NCBI GenBank assembly: GCA_964358855.1
Contig: CAYHQQ010000011.1
Coordinates: 11,546-75,545, forward strand
Direction of reading: 5' to 3'
DNA: 64,000 bases
From: an uncultured Phycisphaeraceae bacterium
GTDB lineage: Bacteria > Planctomycetota > Phycisphaerae > Phycisphaerales > UBA1924
Of this stretch, positions 16,907 through 27,353 are shown piece by piece (position 1 is the stretch's first letter; the number at the start of each line of letters is the position of its first letter). The translations under genes and the position numbers were made by a program. The notes beneath the pieces are model-generated. The model did not search any database. It was not told the origin of the DNA and saw only the letters and a list, made by a program, of their open reading frames with translations.

Positions 16907-17995
16907 ATGCTCGTCCCCACCAACACTTTGTCGCCTGACTCCGCGTGCCGCATGTCCGGTGAGCGCCCCGATTCCGGCACGGTCGGCCTTACCGTCAACG
17001 GTTCGCGCCCGGGGGAGTGGGAGGCAAACGCCTTCGACCGCGCCATCGAGTCCGCGACCGGCTCGCTCCGCGCGGCGGATATTCGCACGTTCCAAGTCAA
17101 CGTGGGCCTCAGGTGCAACCTCGCGTGCCACCACTGCCACGTCGAGAGCGGCCCCAAGCGGACGGAAGAGATGAACTGGGGCACGATGGCGATGGTGCTG
17201 GAGGCGGCACGGCAGGCCCGGGCACACACGATCGATATCACCGGCGGCGCGCCGGAGATGAACCCGCACTTCCGCCGCCTCGTCTCCGCCGCCAAGGCCC
17301 AGGGCCACGAGGTCATCGTCCGCACCAACCTGACCATCGCACTCGAACCCGGCTACGAGGACCTCCCCGAGTTCTTCGCCGCGCAGCGTGTTCACCTGGT
17401 CGCCTCACTCCCGTGCTATCTCGAAGTGAACGTGGACATGCAGCGCGGCCGGCACGTCTACGCCGAGAGCATCGAAGTCATCAAGCGGCTCAACGCGATC
17501 GGCTTCGGGATCGACCCGGCCCTGCCGCTCGACCTGGTCTACAACCCCGGCGGCCCCTCGCTCCCACCGCCGCAGGGCGCGCTCGAAGCCGACTACCGCC
17601 GCGAGCTGGACCGCCAGTTCGGCCTGCGCTTTACGCGGCTCTACACGATCACGAACATGCCCATCGGCCGCTTCCAGCACGACCTGGACCGGAGCGGGAA
17701 GGGGACCGCGTACAGGCAGAAACTCCGCGATGCCTTCAACCTCGCGACCATCGAGCCGCTCATGTGCCGCCACCAGGTCCACGTGAGCCACGACGGCACG
17801 CTGAGCGACTGCGACTTCAACTACGCCCTCAAGCTCCCGGTCAACCTCGACGACCCGGCCTCACCGCGTCACGTGCGCGACCTGCTCAGACCTGGATCGA
17901 TCGAAACCTTTAGCCGTCGCTCGATCGCCACCGGCGAGCACTGCTTCGCCTGCACCGCCGGGTGTGGCTCGTCGTGCGGAGGAGCCCTCGCATGA
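16907..17995 (+). CDS. arsS: radical SAM / Cys-rich-domain protein, ArsS-like (arsenosugar biosynthesis radical SAM family)
   Basis: CNLACHHC is a CX3CX2C radical-SAM cluster motif. The C-terminal CFACTAGCGSSCGG tail matches, from memory, the Cys/Sec-containing tail of the TIGR04167 family. Lies in an arsM neighbourhood. Confidence 0.8.
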   Translation: MLVPTNTLSPDSACRMSGERPDSGTVGLTVNGSRPGEWEANAFDRAIESATGSLRAADIRTFQVNVGLRCNLACHHCHVESGPKRTEEMNWGTMAMVLEAARQARAHTIDITGGAPEMNPHFRRLVSAAKAQGHEVIVRTNLTIALEPGYEDLPEFFAAQRVHLVASLPCYLEVNVDMQRGRHVYAESIEVIKRLNAIGFGIDPALPLDLVYNPGGPSLPPPQGALEADYRRELDRQFGLRFTRLYTITNMPIGRFQHDLDRSGKGTAYRQKLRDAFNLATIEPLMCRHQVHVSHDGTLSDCDFNYALKLPVNLDDPASPRHVRDLLRPGSIETFSRRSIATGEHCFACTAGCGSSCGGALA

Positions 17996-18035
17996 AGTTC
18001 TCGGACAGATCAAAGAGAAGAATTTCTCGTCCACA

Positions 18036-18055
18036 TCTGGACCGATCGTTCCAGA
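18036..18055. promoter_or_regulatory. 20-bp palindrome O1 (TCTGGACCGATCGTTCCAGA), candidate TetR operator
   Basis: 9/10 symmetric pairs. Lies 45 nt upstream of the tetR ATG (18100). 15/20 positions are identical to O2. Confidence 0.45.
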
Positions 18056-18099
18056 CCGGCTATGGTTCTGCCGATCATCGCAATTGGAAGCACCCACCC

Positions 18100-18678
18100 A
18101 TGCCCTGGAAGAAGAACTTCGATGTCGACGTTGCCCGGGACAGGGCCAAGGCCCTGTTCTGGTCCAAGGGGTACGAGGCGACCTCGATGGAGGACCTGCT
18201 GGGCTGCATGGACATCAATCGGGGAAGCTTCTACGCCACGTTTGGCAGCAAGCAGGCGCTGTACCTCGATGTCCTGCAGCGGTATGACCAGCACTACCGC
18301 TGCGGCGTGCTCGACCAACTCAAGGCTGAGTTCACCCCTCGCGAAGCGATTCTGACGCTGTTCGAGGCGGTCCGAAAGGAAGCCGCCGGCGCGAAGGGCA
18401 CGCGGGGGTGTTTTCTCGCCAACGCAACGATGGAGCTCGCCGCCTCTGACAAGTCCGTTGCCAAAATCGTCGGTGTTGCATTCAGCCAGACCGAGGCGTT
18501 CTTCAAAGCCATGATCGAGCATGGCCAGGCCGACGGCACGATCCGCGCCAGCGCAGATCCGGATGTCGTCGCCCGGTCTCTTCTCGGTCTGCTGCTTGGC
18601 ATGCGGGTGTTGGCTCGCGGCGGGTCGCCCGCGCCGGTGCTTGAGTCGATCGTTCAGCAAGTGAAGGAGTTGCTCTAG
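18100..18678 (+). CDS. TetR/AcrR-family transcriptional regulator
   Basis: Trimmed to ATG 18100 (GGAAG upstream). The N-terminal HTH (ARDRAKALFWSKGYEATSMEDLLGCMDINRGSFYATFGSKQALY) is typical TetR_N. Confidence 0.88.
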   Translation: MPWKKNFDVDVARDRAKALFWSKGYEATSMEDLLGCMDINRGSFYATFGSKQALYLDVLQRYDQHYRCGVLDQLKAEFTPREAILTLFEAVRKEAAGAKGTRGCFLANATMELAASDKSVAKIVGVAFSQTEAFFKAMIEHGQADGTIRASADPDVVARSLLGLLLGMRVLARGGSPAPVLESIVQQVKELL

Positions 18679-18718
18679 AAGTCACGCCGCGCGCGTCGCG
18701 GCACAACGTCTGTCCAGA

Positions 18719-18738
18719 TTTGGAACGAGTGTTCCAAA
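18719..18738. promoter_or_regulatory. 20-bp palindrome O2 (TTTGGAACGAGTGTTCCAAA), candidate TetR operator
   Basis: Perfect 8-bp arms TTTGGAAC/GTTCCAAA with a 4-nt centre. Lies 33 nt upstream of the AhpD-like gene ATG (18771), immediately downstream of tetR. Confidence 0.45.
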
Positions 18739-18770
18739 CATTCAATGGTTCGGTTTCCAGGAGTATCGTC

Positions 18771-19370
18771 ATGAAGTCCGCTCTCATCAACGTCCCCGTC
18801 CAGACCGTCGAGTCCGCCCCCGCTGCGTCGCGCGACCTGCTCAAGGCCGCCGGGAGCAAGTTCGGCTTCGTCCCCAACCTGCTGGGCATGTTCGCCAATG
18901 CCCCGGCCCTGCTCGAGGGATACCTCACACTCGCCGGGATCTTTGATAAGACCTCGCTCTCGCCGACGGAGCGTCAGGTGGTCCTGCTCGCCGCCAGCTT
19001 CGAGAACGGCTGTGAATACTGCATGGCGGCACACAGCGCCATCGCGGGCATGCAGAAGGTCGACCAAGGCGTCATCGGCGCCCTGCGGGACGGTAATCCG
19101 ATCAGCGACGCGAAGCTGGAGGCCCTTCGTTCGTTCGCCGCCGAGGCTGTCCGCACCCGCGGCTGGCCGTCGACTGAGGCCGTGGCGCGGTTCACCGGCG
19201 CGGGGTACACCCCGGCCCAGGCGCTCGAGGTCGTCCTTGGCATTGGCGTGAAGACGCTCTCCAACTACGCCAATCACCTCGCGGCGACGCCGCTCGACAG
19301 CGCGTTCGCACCCGTGAAGTGGTCCAAGCCCGGCTGCGGGTGCGGCACCAGCGCCTGCGGCACGCGCTAA
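18771..19370 (+). CDS. carboxymuconolactone decarboxylase / AhpD-like family protein (second paralog)
   Basis: Trimmed to ATG 18771 (AGGAG 7 nt upstream). ASFENGCEYCMAAHS is a CxxC motif of the AhpD/CMD fold. Confidence 0.8.
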   Translation: MKSALINVPVQTVESAPAASRDLLKAAGSKFGFVPNLLGMFANAPALLEGYLTLAGIFDKTSLSPTERQVVLLAASFENGCEYCMAAHSAIAGMQKVDQGVIGALRDGNPISDAKLEALRSFAAEAVRTRGWPSTEAVARFTGAGYTPAQALEVVLGIGVKTLSNYANHLAATPLDSAFAPVKWSKPGCGCGTSACGTR

Positions 19371-19511
19371 CCGGTCCCCCTCGTCCCTCCCTCCTCCTGG
19401 CGGATCGGGTGGCCCGCGCGGGCTCAGGCCATGACGCCTAGCACCCCGCGCGGGCGCCCTTCCGCTCAAGAGGTCCACATCGTCCCATCGCATTCACAAA
19501 GGAGTTCGATC

Positions 19512-19766
19512 ATGCCACTGGTTCAAGTCAAAGGTGTGTCCGGGTATCTGTCCAAGGAACAGAAGGCCGAGTTGATCAAGCGTCTGACGGACGCGGTCCT
19601 TTCGGTCGAGGGCGAGGGCCTCCGCCCCGTCACGTGGGTCATCATCGAGGACGTGCCCGAAGGTCAATGGGGCGTCGGCGGCACGCTCGCCTCCGCCCAG
19701 ATGCTCCGCGAGATGGCCGGCAAGCAGCACTGCGCCACCGGCGCCGCCGCCTGCGCTCGCACCTGA
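19512..19766 (+). CDS. 4-oxalocrotonate tautomerase-family protein
   Basis: Trimmed to ATG 19512 (AAAGGAG upstream). MPLVQVKG...SKEQKAELIKRLTDAV has Pro-1 and the beta-alpha-beta tautomerase pattern. Confidence 0.75.
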   Translation: MPLVQVKGVSGYLSKEQKAELIKRLTDAVLSVEGEGLRPVTWVIIEDVPEGQWGVGGTLASAQMLREMAGKQHCATGAAACART

Positions 19767-20006
19767 GTTGCGCAGCCATCGCTACACGCTCTCGCTCTTC
19801 ACACCTCCACGAGCCGGTTTGGGTCGCCCGCGCGGAAGCAGGAGGTGGTCACTCGCGCCTTGAGGCGTGACAACGTCCACCTTCTCCCAGACAACCCCCC
19901 CCATCCCGCACGGGCGCCCGCCGCTCGTCACGTCCGTGTCCCCGTCTGTTCGCTGTTCGCTGAGTCCGTCCCTGTCCGCAACATGTCCCATTTCAAGGAG
20001 TTTCTC

Positions 20007-21041
<1,035 letters not shown>

Positions 21042-21153
21042 ACAACGCCGGCTTCGGCACATCACACCGCGGACGGCGAAGGCGGTCCGTGGCGATTCGT
21101 CTCAACCGTTTCAGAGTCCGCTGTCTGTGCAGTCACCCCAGTGGAGCGACTCC

Positions 21154-21642
21154 GTGGAAGGCAACGCATACCCCAGCGTTCAACGTGTCCTATTGCCACC
21201 CTTCACCCTCGACACCGCGACTAAAAAGGTGCGTGCCGCCGAAGATGCGTGGAACAGCCGTGATCCCAAGCGTGTATCGCTGGCCTACTCGACCAACAGC
21301 CAGTGGCGCAATCGGGAGCAGGGAATCCGCGGTCGCGAGCAGATCAAAGCCTTTCTGCATCGCAAATGGGCGAGGGAGCTCGACTATCGGCTGATCAAGG
21401 AGCTTTGGGCCTTCTCCGACAACAGGATCGCCGTTCGATTCCAGTACGAGTGGCACGATGACGCGGGACAGTGGTTCCGCAGCTACGGCAATGAGCTCTG
21501 GGAGTTTGATGCGGCCGGGCTCATGCGCCGGCGCGAGGCGAGCATCAATGACGTTTCGATCGAGGAGGCACAACGGCGGTTCCGCTGGGACGCGCCAGGA
21601 CCTCGCCCGGTGGCTCATGGGGGCTTGGAAGAGGTGATGTGA
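21154..21642 (+). CDS. DUF1348-family (SnoaL/NTF2-like) protein
   Basis: [24 protein letters not shown]...WRNREQ...[40 protein letters not shown] matches my memory of DUF1348. There is no in-frame ATG. GTG 21154 (GGAG 7 nt upstream) was chosen; TTG 21193 is an alternative. Confidence 0.7.
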   Translation: MEGNAYPSVQRVLLPPFTLDTATKKVRAAEDAWNSRDPKRVSLAYSTNSQWRNREQGIRGREQIKAFLHRKWARELDYRLIKELWAFSDNRIAVRFQYEWHDDAGQWFRSYGNELWEFDAAGLMRRREASINDVSIEEAQRRFRWDAPGPRPVAHGGLEEVM

Positions 21643-21731
21643 AGTCGCCACCTCGGGATCATCGGACGCTACCAGATGACCCATTGTCGTTCAACCCAGC
21701 ACCCGCACGCGGTGCAAAGTACAAAGGAGTT

Positions 21732-22511
21732 ATGCCTGTGGAACAGACGTTCTCGAATCGTTCTCTCTTGGTCGTTGGCGGAACAAGCGGGATCGGTCTC
21801 GCTGTCGCACGAGCCGTTCAAGGCTCGGGCGGCACAGTGACGGTGATCGGTTCCAGACCTGAGAAGGCGGCGCGCGCCGCGGTGGATCTCGGGTCCGGTG
21901 GTCGAGCCCAAACGATAGACGTTGCCGCCGAACAGGGTCTCGCCCAACTGCAGGAACTGATTGCGTCCGAGCCGCACCCGTTCGACCTCTTGGTCAATGC
22001 AGCCGGCATCTTCATTCCCAAGCCGTTCGTCGAGCACACCCCGGAGGACTATGACCGATACGCGGCTTTGACACGCGCACAGTTCTTCGTGACGCAGGCC
22101 ATCGCCCGGCGGCTGATCGCCTTCGGCCGCGGTGGTGCGGTGGTCAATATCGGCTCCATGTGGGCGAGGCAAGCGATCGAAGCCACACCTTCGTCGGCGT
22201 ACTCCGTTGCCAAGGCGGGCCTGCATGCGCTCACCCAGCATGCAGCGATGGAACTGGCCAAGCACCGAATACGCGTGAATGCGGTATCGCCGGCGGTTGT
22301 CGAGACGCCGGTGTACGAGGCATTCATCCCGTCCGATCAGGTTCATGCGGCACTGCAGGGATTCAACTCGTTTCACCCGATCGGTCGGATCGGTACCCCC
22401 CGGGACATCGCCAGCGTGGTCGCATTCCTCCTGTCGGATCAGTCGTCATGGGTCACCGGGGCGATTTGGGACGTTGACGGTGGCGTTATGGCTGGCCGCA
22501 ATGTCATTTAG
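21732..22511 (+). CDS. short-chain dehydrogenase/reductase (SDR)
   Basis: Trimmed to ATG 21732 (AAAGGAG upstream). Cofactor motif [11 protein letters not shown] and active-site motif [11 protein letters not shown]. Confidence 0.88.
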   Translation: MPVEQTFSNRSLLVVGGTSGIGLAVARAVQGSGGTVTVIGSRPEKAARAAVDLGSGGRAQTIDVAAEQGLAQLQELIASEPHPFDLLVNAAGIFIPKPFVEHTPEDYDRYAALTRAQFFVTQAIARRLIAFGRGGAVVNIGSMWARQAIEATPSSAYSVAKAGLHALTQHAAMELAKHRIRVNAVSPAVVETPVYEAFIPSDQVHAALQGFNSFHPIGRIGTPRDIASVVAFLLSDQSSWVTGAIWDVDGGVMAGRNVI

Positions 22512-22545
22512 ACCCAGCGGGCCTCAGGCTCTCGTGCCATCGTCG

Positions 22546-22579
22546 AGGGAATAGTCCGGCCCGGATAGCCATTCCCTTC
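22546..22579 (+). promoter_or_regulatory. bipartite palindromic motif, copy S2 (AGGGAATAG-N16-ATTCCCTTC)
   Basis: Both 9-mers and the 16-nt spacer length are identical to S1. The spacer carries a TCCGG-c-CCGGA inner palindrome. The motif ends 6 nt before the ATG of the TVP38-DUF547 gene (22586), which has no SD. If it is a promoter, the mRNA would be nearly leaderless. Confidence 0.65.
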
Positions 22580-22585
22580 CGAGCC

Positions 22586-24268
22586 ATGAGCCACTCCGCC
22601 GTCGAAACGCCGCCCGTGAACGCTGATCCCTCGGACTCGCGTGCCCAAGGCACGAACGCTGCGGGCGCGGGTGGCTGGGCACAGAAGGCCGTGCGCCTGC
22701 TCTGCTTTGTCATCATCGCGGCGAGTGCGCTGGTCATCCTGCGTGCCCTGCCGACGGCCCAACTGCTGGACCTAATGCAGAAGAAAGTGGCGACGTTCGG
22801 GCCGTGGGGGCCGGTCGTGTACGGCGTCACGTACTTCGTCGCCGCCGTCCTCTTCGTCCCCGGCTCGGCCCTCACGCTCGCTGCGGGCGCGATCTTCGGG
22901 CTTGCCGGGGGATTCGCCACCGTCTCGGTCTCGTCCACCGCCGCCGCCGGGGCATCGTTCCTCATCGCGCGCTACCTCGCCCGCGACAAGGTGCGCAAGA
23001 TGGCCGAGAGCAACCGCACCTTCGGAGCGATCGACAAGGCCATCGCGCAAGGCGGGTGGAAGATCATCGCGCTCCTGCGGCTCTCGCCCGCCGTGCCCTT
23101 CTCCTTGGGCAACTACCTCTACGGGCTGACGCCGGTGAAGTTCTGGCCGTACCTGCTCGCGTCGTGGGTGGCGATGATGCCCGGTACGTTCCTGTTTGTG
23201 TACCTGGGCTACGTCGGTAAGACAGCCGCAGGTGGTGGCGGCGGCAAGAACCCGTGGCAGTGGGTGCTGCTGGGCGCTGGTCTGCTCGCGACGATCGTGG
23301 TGAGCGTGTACGTGACCCGACTGGCCCGCAAGGCCCTGAAAGAGACGTCTCTGAAAGAGGACAGTGTGAAGCGTGACACGAGCGAGAAGTCCGCACAGGT
23401 CGTCAAGTCCGGTCCCAAGCCCGTGGGCAAGCCGATCGTCGCGGCCGGGGTGCTTGCTGTGCTGGCGGCGTGCGCACAGCTCAACAAGGGGCGCCTCGGC
23501 AGCATGTTCGGTCCGCCCAAGGCGACGCCCCACGAGGCCTACGCGAACGCTCCAGCCGGAGCAACGTTCGATCACTCGGCGTTCGATGCACTCCTGAAGG
23601 CTCATGTGAGCACTGAGGGCGGCTTTGTCGACTACGACGCGCTCAAGAAGGATGCGGACAAGCTCGACGCCTACATCGTCGCGATTGGGAAGGCCGATGT
23701 GGACACGCTCGGTCGCGACGAGCGTCTGGCGTTCCTCATCAACGTCTACAACGCTTTCACGCTCCGGCTGATCCTGGACTATTACCCCGTAGACTCGATC
23801 AAGGACATCCCCTCTGACCAGCGCTGGGACGCAAAGCGGTGGACGATTGCCGGCGGCACCTACAGCCTCAACCAGATCGAGCACGAGCTCATCCGCCCCA
23901 AGTTCGCCGAGCCGCGTGTCCACTTCGCGCTCGTGTGCGCCGCGATCGGGTGCCCGCCCCTCCGCAACGAGGCGTACACGGGGGCACGGCTGGAAGAACA
24001 ACTCGCGGACCAGTCGCGCTACGTGCACTCGCACCCCCGATGGTTCCGGTTGCAAGAGGACCGTGGCGAGGTCGAGCTGACCGCCCTTTACGATTGGTAC
24101 GGCGGCGACTTCACGCAGAAGGCGTCGTCGGTGGTTGCCTTCGCGGCACAGTTTTCGCCTGAACTGGTCCGGCTCATCAACTCGGGCAAGGAGCCCCGCG
24201 TGAAGTTCCTGGACTACAGCTGGAAACTCAACAGCGTTGGGAATCGATCGCTTGCGGGCGACAAGTAG
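22586..24268 (+). CDS. TVP38/TMEM64 (DedA-related) membrane domain fused to a DUF547 domain
   Basis: The N-terminal half (VYGVTYFVAAVLFVPGSALTLAAGAIFG...LLRLSPAVPFSLGNYLYGLT) is TVP38/TMEM64-like. The C-terminal half (NVYNAFTLRLILDYYPVDSIKDI...IEHELIRPKFAEPRVHFALVCAAIGCPPLRNEAY) is DUF547-like. Confidence 0.85.
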   Translation: MSHSAVETPPVNADPSDSRAQGTNAAGAGGWAQKAVRLLCFVIIAASALVILRALPTAQLLDLMQKKVATFGPWGPVVYGVTYFVAAVLFVPGSALTLAAGAIFGLAGGFATVSVSSTAAAGASFLIARYLARDKVRKMAESNRTFGAIDKAIAQGGWKIIALLRLSPAVPFSLGNYLYGLTPVKFWPYLLASWVAMMPGTFLFVYLGYVGKTAAGGGGGKNPWQWVLLGAGLLATIVVSVYVTRLARKALKETSLKEDSVKRDTSEKSAQVVKSGPKPVGKPIVAAGVLAVLAACAQLNKGRLGSMFGPPKATPHEAYANAPAGATFDHSAFDALLKAHVSTEGGFVDYDALKKDADKLDAYIVAIGKADVDTLGRDERLAFLINVYNAFTLRLILDYYPVDSIKDIPSDQRWDAKRWTIAGGTYSLNQIEHELIRPKFAEPRVHFALVCAAIGCPPLRNEAYTGARLEEQLADQSRYVHSHPRWFRLQEDRGEVELTALYDWYGGDFTQKASSVVAFAAQFSPELVRLINSGKEPRVKFLDYSWKLNSVGNRSLAGDK

Positions 24269-24282
24269 GACCAGACCCACAA

Positions 24283-25893
24283 ATGACGACTACTCACAAC
24301 GGGACGATCCACGACGCACTATCGGCACACGCCAAGCGATACAACGGTGACAGCACGATGCAGTCTACATTCGATCCGAGTGTTCTGGCCGATCTCCGGC
24401 CTTTGGACGAACACAACTCACGGCTGCTCGAAGCCGTCCATCCGCCCACCTGGAACAACCCCACGCCCTCAGGCCGCTACAACATGGCGGTGATCGGCGG
24501 CGGCACCGCGGGGCTGGTGACGGCGGCCGGTGCGGCCGGTCTTGGGGCGAAAGTTGCACTCGTTGAGCGGAGGTTTCTGGGGGGCGACTGCCTCAACTTC
24601 GGTTGCGTGCCGAGCAAAGCACTGATCCGCTCGGCACGGTCGGTGGGCGACCTCGTTGAAGCGCACCATTATGGGGTCAGGGCGGGATCGGGCTTCGGTG
24701 TCGATTTCCCGGCGGTGATGGAGCGCATGCGCCGGCTGCGTGCGGAGATAGCACCGCACGACTCCGCCGAGCGGTTCCGTTCGCTCGGGATCGACGTCTT
24801 CATCGGTGACGCCAAGTTCACCGGTTCGGACACCATCGAGGTAGGCGGGCAGACACTGCGTTTCGCCCGAGCGTGCATCGCGACCGGAGCTCGTCCCGCC
24901 ACCCCTGCCATCCCCGGGTTGGCAGAGGCCGGGTTCCTGAACAACGAGAACGTCTTCACACTCACCGAGCTGCCGCCTCGGCTGGCCGTGCTCGGCTCAG
25001 GCCCGATCGGCTGCGAGCTCGCTCAGTGCTTCGCACGCTTCGGATCCACAGTGACCGTCATCGAACAGGCTGGCCAAGTGCTGCCGCGTGAAGACCGCGA
25101 TGCCGCCGAGTTCGTGATCAAGGCGATGGGTCGCGACAATGTGATCTTCAGGCTGAACGCCAGTGTGGAACGGGTCGAACAATCTGCCTCGGGCAAGACG
25201 CTGGTGCTCAAGACCGCTGGGGGCGAGGAACGGTTAGAGGTTGACGAGATCCTGGTGGGTATCGGGCGAGCGCCGAACGTGGAGGGCATGGGGCTGGAAG
25301 CGGCGGGCGTGAAGTTCGACGCACGCAAAGGAGTCGAAGTCACGGATGGACTGCGGACCACCAACCCGCGGATTTATGCGGCGGGCGATGTGTGCAGCAG
25401 GTACAAGTTCACGCACGCCGCGGATGCGATGGCCCGGATCGTGATTCAGAACGCGCTCTTCTTCGGGCGCTCCAAGGCGAGCCGACTGGTCATGCCGTGG
25501 TGCACGTTCACGGACCCAGAGATCGCGCACGTTGGCATGTACGAGAAGGACGCCCAGGAGCAAGGCATCGAGACCGACACCATCGCGGTAGAACTCGGCA
25601 AGGTCGATCGGGCCATTCTCGACGGCGAAGATGGCTTGCTGAAGGTTCTCCTACGCAAAGGCTCAGACGAGATTCTCGGCGCAACCCTCGTGTCCAGGCA
25701 CGCGGGCGAGACGATTTCGGAACTCACCACCGCGATCACCCACGGCGTCGGTCTGCGCAAACTCGCGAGTGTCATCCATCCGTACCCGACACAGGCGGAG
25801 GTCATCAAGCGGGCGGCGGACGCTTACAACCGCACCCGCTTGACGCCCGGTGTCAAGAAACTCTTCGAGCGTGTTCTGGCGTGGAGGCGATGA
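24283..25893 (+). CDS. FAD-dependent pyridine nucleotide-disulfide oxidoreductase (class I; the 'mercuric reductase-like' group without metal-binding extensions)
   Basis: GGGTAGLVTAAGAAGLGAKVALVE...GGDCLNFGCVPSKALI shows the dinucleotide fold and the CxxxxC redox centre. No HMA domain and no C-terminal Cys pair. The start is uncertain (ATG 24283 has no clear SD). Confidence 0.85.
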   Translation: MTTTHNGTIHDALSAHAKRYNGDSTMQSTFDPSVLADLRPLDEHNSRLLEAVHPPTWNNPTPSGRYNMAVIGGGTAGLVTAAGAAGLGAKVALVERRFLGGDCLNFGCVPSKALIRSARSVGDLVEAHHYGVRAGSGFGVDFPAVMERMRRLRAEIAPHDSAERFRSLGIDVFIGDAKFTGSDTIEVGGQTLRFARACIATGARPATPAIPGLAEAGFLNNENVFTLTELPPRLAVLGSGPIGCELAQCFARFGSTVTVIEQAGQVLPREDRDAAEFVIKAMGRDNVIFRLNASVERVEQSASGKTLVLKTAGGEERLEVDEILVGIGRAPNVEGMGLEAAGVKFDARKGVEVTDGLRTTNPRIYAAGDVCSRYKFTHAADAMARIVIQNALFFGRSKASRLVMPWCTFTDPEIAHVGMYEKDAQEQGIETDTIAVELGKVDRAILDGEDGLLKVLLRKGSDEILGATLVSRHAGETISELTTAITHGVGLRKLASVIHPYPTQAEVIKRAADAYNRTRLTPGVKKLFERVLAWRR

Positions 25894-27353
25894 CCGAACG
25901 AGCACTTCAATCACTGCATGACCGTCCTCGCGCAGCGCCGCCCCACAGCGGCTGGCCAGTGGCCTATTGGATTGCCGGTGGCTCGTTCGTGGCGTACGCG
26001 GCCCTCCTCAGTGGCCTCTCCCGAATGCTGGCGTCGGATGGGATCGGGCGGCAGCATGCCCTTGTGTGGCTCGCAGGTGGTGGCGTAGTCGCCGGCTCTC
26101 TTTACCTCTTCGGCCTATATCGTGCACAACGCCGAGGCGTTCAGATTGCGCCAGTCTGGATCGCGGTCGTGGCCGTCCTGGCACGGCTCATCGTCTCGCT
26201 GTCCCCGCCAATGCTTGAATCCGATTATCAGCGGTACCTCTGGGATGGCGCGGTCGCTGCGAACGGTATCAATCCCTACCGATATCCCCCTAGCGACATC
26301 ATCGCGGGTACGGCCCGTGGGCAGGGCGCTGATCGTCTATCTGATCTGGCTCATCGTGCCGGTCCCGTGCTCACGAGCATCAACCATCCGACGCTCACGA
26401 CCATCTACCCGCCAGTCGCTCAGGCCAGCTTCGTGGTCGCCTATGCGATCGCTCCATTCGGCCCCAATGGCCTCCGAATTGTTTTCTGCCTGGCCGACGC
26501 AGTGACGGTGCTGCTCCTTGCCAGATTGCTCAGGGCTCTCGGCCTTCCTGCTGTCAAGATTGCCTGGTTCGCCTGGAATCCACTCCTCCTCCGAGAGGTG
26601 TATTCGTCCCTTCACATGGACATTCTCCTGCTGCCGCTAGTCGTGGCGGCTCTGCTGGCAGCAGTCCGCTCCCGAAGCGGATTAGTCGCGGCGTGCCTTG
26701 TTGTCGCATCAGCGGTGAAGGTCTGGCCCATCGTTCTTGCACCGCTCGTTCTGCGGCCCCTGTTTGGCCAGTGGCGTCGAATGGCGGCGGTGGTTGGTGC
26801 GTGCGGTCTGCTGGGGGCTGTCCTCTGGCTCCCCGTGGTGCTCGCCCCGCACGGCGAGAACAGCGGCTTCTTGGCCTACGGGCGCGCATGGCAGAACAAT
26901 GATGGATTCTTCCGGGCCGGCATCTGGATGACCGAGCGGGTATTGAATCTGGCTCACATCGAGCCTTGGCACTCCCACACGATCATGCGACTGCTGACCG
27001 CGGGGTTGGTCGCAGGGATCGTCCTCTGGCAATCGCGAACGCTGGCAAGTGATGGCACGAGCCTGGTACGCCGGTGCGTCTTCATCGTCGGCGGGATCTT
27101 TCTCCTGAGTCCGACTCAGTTCCCGTGGTACTGGCTCTGGTGTCTTCCGTTCCTCACGCTCCGTCCCAGCCTTCCCTTGCTTGTCTACACCGCGCTGCTG
27201 CCCATCTACTACGTTCAGGACCAGCTTGTGTACCCGCTCGGCCACTGGCTCCAGCACGCTCCTGTGTGGATTCTCCTGCTACTGGCGGGAGGACGAACAG
27301 CGCTGGGGCATCGCACCAGGCTATTTGATGAACGGGAGGTCCGTGTTGCGTAA
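25890..27353 (+). CDS. polytopic GT-C-type membrane glycosyltransferase-like protein (DUF2029 / GT87 / PIG-M-like)
   Basis: ATG 25890 overlaps the reductase stop as ATGA. Roughly 10 or more hydrophobic helices. The loop motif ESDYQRYLWDGAVAANGINPYRY...TTIYPPVAQ resembles the first extracytoplasmic loop of DUF2029/PIG-M-type mannosyltransferases. Family assignment is by eye only. Confidence 0.7.
   Translation: MTERALQSLHDRPRAAPPHSGWPVAYWIAGGSFVAYAALLSGLSRMLASDGIGRQHALVWLAGGGVVAGSLYLFGLYRAQRRGVQIAPVWIAVVAVLARLIVSLSPPMLESDYQRYLWDGAVAANGINPYRYPPSDIIAGTARGQGADRLSDLAHRAGPVLTSINHPTLTTIYPPVAQASFVVAYAIAPFGPNGLRIVFCLADAVTVLLLARLLRALGLPAVKIAWFAWNPLLLREVYSSLHMDILLLPLVVAALLAAVRSRSGLVAACLVVASAVKVWPIVLAPLVLRPLFGQWRRMAAVVGACGLLGAVLWLPVVLAPHGENSGFLAYGRAWQNNDGFFRAGIWMTERVLNLAHIEPWHSHTIMRLLTAGLVAGIVLWQSRTLASDGTSLVRRCVFIVGGIFLLSPTQFPWYWLWCLPFLTLRPSLPLLVYTALLPIYYVQDQLVYPLGHWLQHAPVWILLLLAGGRTALGHRTRLFDEREVRVA

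Noticed and set aside
24283-25893. Calling this flavoprotein mercuric reductase (MerA), which would imply a mercury-resistance function.
   Set aside because: It has no N-terminal HMA (GMTCxxC) domain and no C-terminal Cys-Cys pair, and there are no merR/merT/merP genes. Only the generic class-I CxxxxC disulfide reductase core is visible.
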